Source: Candidatus Asgardarchaeum abyssi (lineage in GTDB: Archaea; Asgardarchaeota; Asgardarchaeia; Asgardarchaeales; Asgardarchaeaceae). Taken from it: 14,025 bases of DNA. Below the pieces are notes generated by a model that made no database searches, was not told the origin of the DNA, and saw only the letters and a program-made list of their open reading frames with translations. Shown here one piece after another: positions 1 to 7,766 of this stretch (position 1 is the first letter of the stretch; each line of letters begins with the position of its first letter). The stretch spans positions 1 to 14,025 of the forward strand of contig JBECUL010000051.1 of NCBI GenBank assembly GCA_040225955.1, given 5' to 3'. A program made the position numbers and the translations under genes.

Positions 1-74
1 AAATTCATGGAGGATTGAGGCGGATCTTGGTGTCTAGGGAGCGTACTCATTTCGAAAATAGTGCGGAAGTACTG
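1..74. mobile_element. Partial copy (cut by window edge) of the ISH3-like MITE family A, inverted relative to the 7628-7766 copy
   Basis: Positions 20-74 align to the reverse complement of the left end of 7628-7766 at 49/55 columns (5 transitions, 1 gap) and end in the same TIR, TGCGGAAGTACTG. Confidence 0.85.
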
Positions 75-81
75 ATTCATT

Positions 82-96
82 AAAAAAATTTAAGTA
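82..96 (+). promoter_or_regulatory. Putative BRE+TATA box (AAAAAAA TTTAAGTA) for the small membrane protein gene
   Basis: Purine run followed by TTTAAGTA at 89-96, 64 nt before the ATG at 161. Motif evidence only, in AT-rich DNA. Confidence 0.4.
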
Positions 97-160
97 TAGT
101 AATCTAAAAAAGAAAAGATGTGCCCTATTAACATAGAACATAACTAAATAGGTGGATTAT

Positions 161-361
161 ATGAACAGGATTAAAAGCCCAATATCAAACATTATTAACT
201 CAAAGGTATTCATGTTTGTTAATATAGTATTATTTCTACTGTTCTTGAGTGTCATAGTAATGTTTGGAAAAGCGATGGAGGGATTAATTGGATTAATTTC
301 TGTTTTTATGTTAGTTATAACACTTGTATTTATAGTAGATTCGTTCATATCAAGATTATAA
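161..361 (+). CDS. Small hypothetical membrane protein (66 aa, two predicted TM helices)
   Basis: SD AGGTGG (150-155) precedes ATG 161, so the GTG at 152 is probably part of the SD. Two hydrophobic stretches: VFMFVNIVLFLLFLSVIVMF and LIGLISVFMLVITLVFIV. Confidence 0.6.
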   Translation: MNRIKSPISNIINSKVFMFVNIVLFLLFLSVIVMFGKAMEGLIGLISVFMLVITLVFIVDSFISRL

Positions 362-372
362 GGCACGTCAAG

Positions 373-1095
373 TTAATCTGATTGAGATTTTCTTATTTTT
401 TTAAATCTTTTCTCTGACAGATTTATTTCATTCTCTATGGAGGTTATTATCTTAGAGGCTACTGTCCAAGTAGCTAATGGCTCAGGGTCTATAGAATATA
501 CGTTATTGGCAGCTTCGTAGAATCTTCTTGAAAAGTCACCATGTGGAAAGCCACCAATTAAAATGCATGGATTTTCATATTCGAGAAGTTCTTTTGCTAT
601 TAATGTTGGTGGTTTAAAAGCGCCTTTTTCGGAGAATAGGAAAACTGGTCCGTTAATTTTAGATATTAAATCATCTATCGATATGTCCTCCTTTTTAATT
701 AATATTTCACCACTATCCGAGATAATAATACTCTTCTTTAAGAGCTGAACCATTAATCCTTTAAAGCGTTGATATGTTTTGGGAATTCTAATTTTTGGAT
801 TAAACCAAAAAACTTCGTCATTAATTGTATGAACATAAACATTAAGGTAACCTTCTCTATTTATAGGTGAGTCAAAAATATACAACAGAGTGGTGTGTAA
901 TATATCGGGTCTACCCCTCTTTTCTGAATACGGTAATTTTTTTATAAACATTCGATGATATGAGACTTCAAGAAGCATATTATTTGGTGATTTACCAAGT
1001 TTTCTTGCAATTTTTATGATCTTTGGCTCGTGTAGTAGATGTTTAGGTATCAACTCAAGGCTTGTTTCAATAATTATGAAATAAATTCTCTTTAT
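373..1095 (-). CDS. nep1: SSU rRNA pseudouridine N1-methyltransferase Nep1/Emg1 (SPOUT)
   Basis: Motifs SLELIP, RGRPDILH, RIPKTYQRFKGLMVQLL and IGGFPHGDF. The start is uncertain: the ORF-track extension to 1266 overlaps rpp21 antisense, and an SD-like GGTGGG at 1104-1099 points to ATA at 1095. Confidence 0.93.
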   Translation of the reverse strand: MKRIYFIIIETSLELIPKHLLHEPKIIKIARKLGKSPNNMLLEVSYHRMFIKKLPYSEKRGRPDILHTTLLYIFDSPINREGYLNVYVHTINDEVFWFNPKIRIPKTYQRFKGLMVQLLKKSIIISDSGEILIKKEDISIDDLISKINGPVFLFSEKGAFKPPTLIAKELLEYENPCILIGGFPHGDFSRRFYEAANNVYSIDPEPLATWTVASKIITSIENEINLSEKRFKKIRKSQSD

Positions 1096-1132
1096 AATCC
1101 CACCAACCAGATCATTCGTATATGGTGAGCTA

Positions 1133-1471
1133 ATGATACCTAAAAGAATGAAAAGAAAGGAATATATTAAAGATATTGCAAGCCAGAGGATAGACATATT
1201 ATTTAATCTAACAAAAAATGTAATCAAAGAGAATTTTGAATTGGCCTCAAAGTATGTAGAGCTCATCAGAAGAATAGCTATGAAGGCTCAAGTTCGCCTG
1301 CCCCGCTCAAAGAAGATGTGGATCTGTAAAAAATGTAATACTTTACTTATTCCTGGATTTACTGCAAGAGTCAGAATAAGATGCAATCGAATGACGCACA
1401 TCGTAATTACTTGTTTAAATTGTGGAAATATAAAGAGGTACCCAGTACAAAAATCTAGTCCTTCTGGATAA
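1133..1471 (+). CDS. rnp4: RNase P protein component 4 (Rpp21/Rpr2)
   Basis: IASQRIDILF helix, zinc ribbon CKKC...CLNC, LLIPG..ARVR and terminal KRYP. SD GGTGAG at 1124-1129. Confidence 0.95.
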   Translation: MIPKRMKRKEYIKDIASQRIDILFNLTKNVIKENFELASKYVELIRRIAMKAQVRLPRSKKMWICKKCNTLLIPGFTARVRIRCNRMTHIVITCLNCGNIKRYPVQKSSPSG

Positions 1472-1500
1472 AATCCAAATTTTTAAGTTACGATTAAAGA

Positions 1501-1642
1501 TGCTTTGTTGACCAAAACATTGTTATATTGAAGTTATGAAATCGGAATTTAGAGCAAGTTATTATGATATCGCATATAACACATTTATCAGCGATATTAT
1601 TATAACATTACGCAACCATTCATTGAATTGTTCAACAAAGCA
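1501..1642. mobile_element. MITE family B, 142 bp, with 8-bp target-site duplication ATTAAAGA
   Basis: Perfect 11-bp TIR TGCTTTGTTGA/TCAACAAAGCA, extendable to 18/22 matches. It is flanked exactly by ATTAAAGA at 1493-1500 and 1643-1650, and is too short to encode a transposase. Confidence 0.88.
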
Positions 1643-1650
1643 ATTAAAGA

Positions 1651-1664
1651 GTAACCTTTAAATA
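1651..1664 (+). promoter_or_regulatory. tRNA-Gly promoter (BRE + TATA TTTAAATA)
   Basis: Consensus archaeal TATA at 1657-1664, 30 nt upstream of the mature tRNA 5' end. Confidence 0.7.
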
Positions 1665-1694
1665 ACCCTTAAGGTTAATTAAACGATGATGCAT

Positions 1695-1769
1695 GCGGGC
1701 GTCGTCTAGTCTGGACTAGGACGTCGGCCTTCCACGCCGATGACCCGGGTTCAAATCCCGGCGCCCGCA
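1695..1769 (+). tRNA. tRNA-Gly(TCC), no intron, CCA not encoded
   Basis: Acceptor GCGGGCG/CGCCCGC, anticodon arm TCGGC-CTTCCAC-GCCGA, T arm CCGGG-TTCAAAT-CCCGG, discriminator A. Confidence 0.97.
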
Positions 1770-1780
1770 TATAATCCTTA

Positions 1781-1789
1781 TTCTTTTTT
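1781..1789 (+). terminator. Oligo-T terminator after tRNA-Gly
   Basis: TTCTTTTTT begins 12 nt after the tRNA end. Confidence 0.45.
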
Positions 1790-1893
1790 GAGATCACAGA
1801 AGGCCAACAATAGTTTTTTATTCTTTGAATTAAAAATATAAGCAAATCTAAGAGCCTATTTAGGACATTATAGCATCATAATGGTGATAATAA

Positions 1894-3282
1894 ATGAAGC
1901 TATTTAACCTCACCGAAAAGGAAATTTACGATGCAATTGACAACGGCGATGTTACAGTTGCGGTATATGGTTTAGGCAAAATGGGCCTTCCTTTAGCCGT
2001 AATATTTGCAAATCGCGGACTAAATGTTATTGGTGTTGATATTAATGATGATATTGTTAGAATGATAAATTCTGGACGATCGCCATTGATCGACGAACCG
2101 GGTGTTAGTGATAAAGAGATAAATCGACTAATAAAAAACGGTAAACTTGAAGCAACTACAGATTCTATTAACGCAGCAAGGAAAGCAGATGTTATCATTG
2201 TTATAGTTCCTTCTCTAATAGATGAAACGAAAAATTTGAAACTTAACTACGTTTTTGATGCGGTCGATGCAATAGGTAAGGGGTTAACTAAAGATTGTGT
2301 TGTAATTACCGAATGTACATTACCACCTGGAACTACAAGTGGACCAATTAAAGAAATTTTGGAAGAAAGATCCGGCCTTAGGGCGGGTATAGATTTTGGT
2401 TTAGCCCATAGTCCAGAGCGAACAATGTCTGGACAAGTTATAAAGAATGTTGTTGAGGATTATCCAAAAATAGTTGGAGGTATTAATAAGAAGTCTACAA
2501 ATGTTGTTGCTGCCTTTTATAGGAAAATAGTTAAAAAAGGTGTAATTGCCGTTAGTGACTGCACAACAGCTGAAGCTATAAAAGTTTTCGAGGGCGTTTA
2601 TAGAGATGTTAATATAGCGTTAGCAAACGAATTAGCACTTTTAGCTGAGAAGATAGGTATTGATATCATTGAGGCTATTCAAGGTGCTAATAGTCAACCG
2701 TACTCACACATACATATGCCAGGGGCTGGAGTTGGCGGACATTGCATTCCAATATATCCTTACTTTTTACTTAATTTAGCTAATAAATATGGCCTTGACA
2801 TGAAGATTGTATACAGTGGTCGTAAGCTAAACGAGCAAATGCCATACCATATTGTTGACTTAGTGATTGAGGCTTTAAATGAAATAGAAAAACCTGTAAA
2901 AAACTCAAAGATTGGAGTTTTAGGTGTTGCATATAAAGGTGGTGTTAAATCAACATATTTAACTCCTGCAAAACCGATCATTGAGAAATTAAAGAGATTA
3001 GGCGCAAATATTGTTATTTACGACCCTCTATTTACCAAAGAGGAAATTGAAGAAGAATTTGGAGTACAAGCGGTATCTACGATGGAAGATGTATTTAAAG
3101 ATTCAGATTGTGTCATAGCTATAACTGATCATAAAGAGTACTTAAAAGAAAAATTACATGAATGCGTTTCTCTTATGAAAGAAAAAGCTGCTATTGTTGA
3201 TGGCAGATATATTTTTGATATGGATATTGTTAGGAAGAAAGGAAAGGTATATCTCGCTGTTGGACGGGTAATGCATAAATAA
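1894..3282 (+). CDS. wecC: Nucleotide-sugar dehydrogenase (UDP-N-acetylmannosamine/glucosamine 6-dehydrogenase, WecC/WbpA type)
   Basis: Rossmann motif VYGLGKMG, SPER, catalytic AIKVFEG..RDVNIALANEL and PGAGVGGHCIP, C-terminal GVAYK and VDGR. SD GGTGA upstream. Exact substrate is not determinable from sequence. Confidence 0.88.
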   Translation: MKLFNLTEKEIYDAIDNGDVTVAVYGLGKMGLPLAVIFANRGLNVIGVDINDDIVRMINSGRSPLIDEPGVSDKEINRLIKNGKLEATTDSINAARKADVIIVIVPSLIDETKNLKLNYVFDAVDAIGKGLTKDCVVITECTLPPGTTSGPIKEILEERSGLRAGIDFGLAHSPERTMSGQVIKNVVEDYPKIVGGINKKSTNVVAAFYRKIVKKGVIAVSDCTTAEAIKVFEGVYRDVNIALANELALLAEKIGIDIIEAIQGANSQPYSHIHMPGAGVGGHCIPIYPYFLLNLANKYGLDMKIVYSGRKLNEQMPYHIVDLVIEALNEIEKPVKNSKIGVLGVAYKGGVKSTYLTPAKPIIEKLKRLGANIVIYDPLFTKEEIEEEFGVQAVSTMEDVFKDSDCVIAITDHKEYLKEKLHECVSLMKEKAAIVDGRYIFDMDIVRKKGKVYLAVGRVMHK

Positions 3283-3347
3283 CGTACATCGACTACATTC
3301 TTCATTATTAAACATCAAATAGAAATGCTTAAAAGAGAAAGATATTT

Positions 3348-3355
3348 TTTATAAA
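3348..3355 (+). promoter_or_regulatory. tRNA-Lys(-trm5) TATA box TTTATAAA
   Basis: Consensus TATA 24 nt upstream of the mature tRNA 5' end. Confidence 0.65.
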
Positions 3356-3379
3356 ATAGCAAATATGCCTATAAGCGGT

Positions 3380-3453
3380 GGGCCCGTAGCTCAGACAGGC
3401 AGAGCGACGGGCTCTTAACCCGTTGGTCGGGGGTTCAAATCCCCCCGGGCCCG
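3380..3453 (+). tRNA. tRNA-Lys(CTT), no intron, CCA not encoded
   Basis: Acceptor GGGCCCG/CGGGCCC, anticodon arm ACGGG-CTCTTAA-CCCGT, T loop TTCAAAT, discriminator G. Confidence 0.97.
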
Positions 3454-3472
3454 TAATTTTTGGGTGGGAAAT

Positions 3473-4531
3473 TTGGTTCATTTTGTAGGAGTAAAAACCA
3501 AAAGTGCTGAGTTTTTAAGAAGGAAACTAAAAGAGAGGAATCTACTTTTAACTGGTTTTGCTGCATTTCAAAAGAACGGAAAAATCTATTTTCCCATAAA
3601 AAATTCGGAAGAAGTAAGAAAATTATTGGAGACTTTAAATCTTAACGGAGATATAATAGAGTCGGAGATATCTCAGAAAAAGAAAAAGAGAGGTAAACTT
3701 TATGAATTAATAGCAGATAAAATTCCAGAGACGCTCATTAAATATATTCCAAGATCATTTGATGTTATAGGAGATATATGTATAGTAGAGATGAATGAAG
3801 AAATTTGGCCATATCGAGAAATAATAGGCCGAACAATTGTTGAACAATTTAAAAATATAAAATCTGTTTATGCAAAGGGAGGAAAAGTATCTGGCGATAT
3901 TAGAGTACGGCCATTAATACATGTATACGGTGAGAAAAAGACTTTGACTATTCATAGAGAGAATAATTGTATTTTCTATGTTGATGTTGAAAAAGTGTAC
4001 TTTAGTCCACGATTAGCCACAGAGCATATGAGAGTTGCTAAGCAAGTTAAAGATGGTGAGATAATTGTTGATATGTTTGCAGGAGTTGGACCTTTTTCGA
4101 TTTTAATAGCCAAAATGGCTAACGCAAAGATATACGCTATTGATAAAAATCCTTCAGCCATAGAGCTCCTAAAAAGAAATATTCAAATAAACAAACTCAA
4201 GGGGACCGTTATTCCAATATTAGGAGATGCTAGGGATGTTATAAGAAAACAGTTGGAGAAAAATGTAGCAGATAGAGTTATCATGAATCTCCCACTAAGT
4301 GCTGATAAATTTTTAGATGTTGCATTTTACGCATTGAAAAACGAGGGGATTATTCATTTTTACACTGTAAAGAGGGAAAATGAACCCTACGATAGAATTT
4401 TTGATTTTCTAAAAAGCAAAGCAGAAGAAGAGGGATATAAACTAGAAAGAGTATTAACATGCAGAAAAGTAAAAGAAATTGCACCTCATGAATTTCAGAT
4501 TGTTGTAGATTGTTTTTTCAAGCTTAAATAA
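3473..4531 (+). CDS. trm5: tRNA (guanine37-N1)-methyltransferase Trm5 (Trm5b/c type, Met-10+ family)
   Basis: SFDVIGDI, HRENNC..VD..KVYFSPRL, SAM motif DMFAGVGPF, DRVIMNLP, and an N-terminal D1 domain. Start is TTG 3473 after SD GGGTGG, with GTG 3464 as the alternative. Confidence 0.9.
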   Translation: MVHFVGVKTKSAEFLRRKLKERNLLLTGFAAFQKNGKIYFPIKNSEEVRKLLETLNLNGDIIESEISQKKKKRGKLYELIADKIPETLIKYIPRSFDVIGDICIVEMNEEIWPYREIIGRTIVEQFKNIKSVYAKGGKVSGDIRVRPLIHVYGEKKTLTIHRENNCIFYVDVEKVYFSPRLATEHMRVAKQVKDGEIIVDMFAGVGPFSILIAKMANAKIYAIDKNPSAIELLKRNIQINKLKGTVIPILGDARDVIRKQLEKNVADRVIMNLPLSADKFLDVAFYALKNEGIIHFYTVKRENEPYDRIFDFLKSKAEEEGYKLERVLTCRKVKEIAPHEFQIVVDCFFKLK

Positions 4532-4534
4532 TCT

Positions 4535-4960
4535 TTAACTGGATTCTACAATGATTGTTATTTTGACGGTAACCTTTGGATTTTTAAGCATTTTAATAAG
4601 TCCTCTATTGAGATCTATCGCTGCTTTATCAGCTTTTATCATCAAAGTTCTTGGGCAAATATAAGTTGATTTTCTACAAACAATATCCGTAGGGTGAGAG
4701 AGTGAAAGGTCTGGGTGACCGAATCCTTTAATGGTTTCAAATATATCTCCTACTTTAATTATCATCTTCACTATAGAATCTCTTTTCCGAATAGCTTTTT
4801 TAATATCATTGGGTATGTCTTTTATTCCACACTCAGAATTAACAGCAATTATACAATCGCCTCGGCGGGTTAAGTGACTCTCCTTTGTTATTTCTAAAGT
4901 AGTCTTATGAGTTGCTAAGATATTATAGTGACCTCTTGCATAGAAAGTAAATGATAGCAT
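4535..4960 (-). CDS. DUF371 domain protein
   Basis: Signature [20 protein letters not shown].HLT.RGDCII and [22 protein letters not shown] 4960 follows GTGAT, with GTG 4969 as the alternative. Confidence 0.9.
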   Translation of the reverse strand: MLSFTFYARGHYNILATHKTTLEITKESHLTRRGDCIIAVNSECGIKDIPNDIKKAIRKRDSIVKMIIKVGDIFETIKGFGHPDLSLSHPTDIVCRKSTYICPRTLMIKADKAAIDLNRGLIKMLKNPKVTVKITIIVESS

Positions 4961-4994
4961 AACAATCACTTTTTATAGACATTTTATATCAAAT

Positions 4995-5696
4995 ATGAAT
5001 AGGTGTAAGAACTTGAAATCTTTTACTGAGGAAAAGAAAAGGATAGTAAAATATCTAAAACGTGCTGGGTTTGTGAGAAGTGATAGAGTTATTAATGCAT
5101 TTCTAAAGGTGCCCCGCGAAGAATTTGTTCGTCCAGAATATAGAAAACACGCTTATGATGATACACCTCTTCCTATAGGATGTGGGCAAACAATTTCGGC
5201 AATACATATGGTTCTTATGATGTGTGAATATCTAGATTTAAAACCAGGGCATAAAGTTTTAGAGGTGGGTACTGGATCTGGTTACCATGCAGCAATTATT
5301 GCGGAGCTAATTACAAGTGAAGATGGTAAGATAAAAGGGCACGTTTATACTATTGAGAGAATACCAGAATTGGCAAAATTTGCAACTGAAAATCTAAAAA
5401 GGACAAAGTATGATGATAGAGTAACTATAATTGTAGGTGATGGAACCTTAGGATATCCCGAAAAGGCGCCGTATGATAGAATTTGTGTAACTGCTGCCGG
5501 ACCAGATGTTCCAAAACCGCTTATTGAACAATTAAAGAATGGAGGAAAATTATTAATTCCTATAGGAGCTCAATTTTACTGGCAAGAGCTCTATCTAATT
5601 GAAAAAGATTTGGAAGGAAAAATTAAGAGAAAAAATTTAGGTGGAGTCGCTTTCGTTCCGCTCATCGGGAAATATGGCTGGAATTCAAAGGGGTGA
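4995..5696 (+). CDS. pcm: Protein-L-isoaspartate O-methyltransferase
   Basis: [42 protein letters not shown], and FVPLIG. The start may be TTG 5013 after AGGTGT. Confidence 0.96.
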   Translation: MNRCKNLKSFTEEKKRIVKYLKRAGFVRSDRVINAFLKVPREEFVRPEYRKHAYDDTPLPIGCGQTISAIHMVLMMCEYLDLKPGHKVLEVGTGSGYHAAIIAELITSEDGKIKGHVYTIERIPELAKFATENLKRTKYDDRVTIIVGDGTLGYPEKAPYDRICVTAAGPDVPKPLIEQLKNGGKLLIPIGAQFYWQELYLIEKDLEGKIKRKNLGGVAFVPLIGKYGWNSKG

Positions 5697-5703
5697 GTAT
5701 ATT

Positions 5704-6732
5704 TTGGGTGTTAAGTTAAAAGATTTAATATCACCAAAAATTATCAGTTTTGATGATTTAACTAACAAGTATATTGCAATAGATGCATTAAATGCAATAT
5801 ACCAATTTATGGCAATAATAAGACAACCAGATGGCACACCTTTGATGGATAAGGAAGGAAACGTAACAAGTCATTTTAGCGGACTATTTTATAGAACAAT
5901 TAACCTGATAGAATTTGGAATACGACCAGTTTATGTTTTTGATGGAAAACCGCCAGATCTAAAATTACAGACTATTCAAAAACGAAGTGAAATAAGAGAA
6001 CAAGCAAGAGAAAAATGGCTTGAGGCATTACATCGAGGAGATATTGTTGTAGCAAGAAAATATGCACAAGCAGCCATAGAAATTAATGAAATGGTAATAC
6101 TTGAAAGCAAAGAATTGCTAGATGCTATGGGCGTACCTTATGTACAAGCACCATCTGAAGGAGAGGCACAGGCTGCATATATGGTAAGAAAAAATGACGT
6201 TTGGGCGTCGGCAAGTCAAGATTATGATTCATTACTTTTTGGATCCCTAAGACTTGTTAGGAATTTAACTCTAAGGAAGAAAAGAAAAGTTGCTGGTAAA
6301 GAGGAATTAAAGGAAGTAGATTTAGAATTATTAATACTCGATGATATTCTAAAGAACTTGGGAATTACACGAGAACAGTTAGTAGACATTGCAATTCTAA
6401 TAGGAACAGACTATAACGAGGGAATAAAAGGTATTGGGCCGAAAAAGGCCTATAATCTAATTAAAAAGTATAGTTCTTTAGAGAGAATAGCTAAATTAAG
6501 AATAATCGAGATAGGTGACATTCCCGTAGATGAGATAAGAAAAATCTTCTTGAACCCAGAAGTTACAGATGATTATAAAATAGACTGGAAAGCACCAAAT
6601 CCAGAGAAGATAAAGGAAATATTAGTTGAAAGACATGACTTTTCAACAAGTAGGGTTGAAAAAGGTATTGAAAGGTTGCAGACTGCTTATGAAAAAACTA
6701 AACAAGCAAGCCTAGAAAGCTGGTTTGGTTAG
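5704..6732 (+). CDS. fen: Flap endonuclease 1
   Basis: MGVKL N-terminus (TTG 5704 after SD GGTGAG), IDALNAIYQF, VFDGKPP, APSEGEAQAA, SQDYDSLLFG, GTDYN.GIKGIG, and C-terminal PIP box QASLESWF. Confidence 0.97.
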   Translation: MGVKLKDLISPKIISFDDLTNKYIAIDALNAIYQFMAIIRQPDGTPLMDKEGNVTSHFSGLFYRTINLIEFGIRPVYVFDGKPPDLKLQTIQKRSEIREQAREKWLEALHRGDIVVARKYAQAAIEINEMVILESKELLDAMGVPYVQAPSEGEAQAAYMVRKNDVWASASQDYDSLLFGSLRLVRNLTLRKKRKVAGKEELKEVDLELLILDDILKNLGITREQLVDIAILIGTDYNEGIKGIGPKKAYNLIKKYSSLERIAKLRIIEIGDIPVDEIRKIFLNPEVTDDYKIDWKAPNPEKIKEILVERHDFSTSRVEKGIERLQTAYEKTKQASLESWFG

Positions 6733-6823
6733 CGACAAACTTGTTATCTAATATGGCTATAAATTTTGCGTTATCTAGCTATTCCTATTTCATATATTTT
6801 AATTTAATGTTCCCAAGCATATT

Positions 6824-7552
6824 TTAAATATAAATATTGTTGCTATCTGATCTTTCTCTTTCTATAAGTTTTTGCTGTTGATCAATTATTGCTTGAATCT
6901 CTCTTTCTATTTCTTTAGCATCTTCTAACAATTGTTTTGTATCTAAAGTTATGTTATATATTTTTGATAAAGCGGATATCGCAACTGCTGCAGCTCGTGG
7001 ATCAGGACGCCCTCTCTCCGCATAAGCTAGGAGGGCATATGCTGGAAAATTATAAATTTCAAAGTAACTTAAAATTAGTGCAAGAGGACCGTATATACCT
7101 AAATTTTCATCTAGAAAGTTATAATTAAGTTTTTTAGCTCTTTCTATTGCAGAAGACGTGCTAACGATTTTTAGATCGTCATCATCTTTAAATTCATTAT
7201 CCAGACCGCCAATTAAAATGGCTTCTTTAAATTGATTTTTTATTACCCACTTAGCTAATCCATATGTTATTAAATTCCATTCCATTTTCTGCAATGGAAC
7301 ACGCTCTATAAAAATTATAAATGAATCCAATTGATAGAGCTCATATGGCGTTAAGATCCCTTGCTTCCCCATATAAGCAGAGGGTGACATGAACTTCGTT
7401 TCCACAAAACCTATCCTTTTTGCATTACAGAAATCAACTAGATGCTTTGTAGCAATGTATCCAACTTGCCCTATATGACTACGAAAACCAGTAATGAAAA
7501 TTTTATTTTTAAAATCAACTTTTTCGATGAGCCTAATTTTCATTTTTGACAA
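6824..7552 (-). CDS. PAC2-family proteasome assembly chaperone (PbaA/PbaB-like)
   Basis: FITGF...GQVGYIA, ILIGGLD, PDPRAA, LLEDAKEIE, and C-terminal HbYX motif IYI. SD GAGGTGA precedes TTG 7552 (alternatives GTG 7561, ATG 7543). Confidence 0.88.
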   Translation of the reverse strand: MSKMKIRLIEKVDFKNKIFITGFRSHIGQVGYIATKHLVDFCNAKRIGFVETKFMSPSAYMGKQGILTPYELYQLDSFIIFIERVPLQKMEWNLITYGLAKWVIKNQFKEAILIGGLDNEFKDDDDLKIVSTSSAIERAKKLNYNFLDENLGIYGPLALILSYFEIYNFPAYALLAYAERGRPDPRAAAVAISALSKIYNITLDTKQLLEDAKEIEREIQAIIDQQQKLIERERSDSNNIYI

Positions 7553-7605
7553 AGACTTCACCTCAGTTAGATAAATTTACATTTTTGATAGAATTAAAAT
7601 TCTGG

Positions 7606-7620
7606 CTTTTAAATTTTCTT
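7606..7620 (-). promoter_or_regulatory. BRE+TATA (AAGAAAA TTTAAAAG) for the PAC2 gene
   Basis: Purine-rich BRE-like heptamer plus TATA, about 53 nt upstream of the start codon. Confidence 0.55.
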
Positions 7621-7627
7621 AGGATTT

Positions 7628-7766
7628 CAGTACTTCTGCATTATTTTCGAAATGAATACGCTCCTAGACACCAGGATTCGCTTGGTCCTTATAAAATTCG
7701 GAATCTCCAATAAAAAATAATTTTTCGCAGCCAATACGGATTCCCACCTATGGTGCGGAAGTACTG
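7628..7766. mobile_element. MITE family A, 139 bp, ISH3-like termini
   Basis: TIR CAGTACTTCTGCA / TGCGGAAGTACTG (12/13), flanks GATTT and AATTT (5-bp TSD with one mismatch), and a second copy at 1-74. Terminal CAG with a 4-5 bp DR is characteristic of the archaeal ISH3 family. Confidence 0.88.

Noticed and set aside
2-37. Frame NSWRIEADLGV* resembling an enolase C-terminus
   Set aside because: It lies within the MITE-A repeat shared with 7628-7766, so the resemblance is probably chance.
1096-1266. Hydrophobic N-terminal extension of the Nep1 ORF
   Set aside because: It is mostly the antisense of rnp4, and Nep1 homology starts near 1090.
1695-3453. tRNA-anchored integrated island around wecC
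   Set aside because: There is no duplicated tRNA 3' end and no integrase. The shared GGGTTCAAATCCC is just the T arm of two intact tRNAs.
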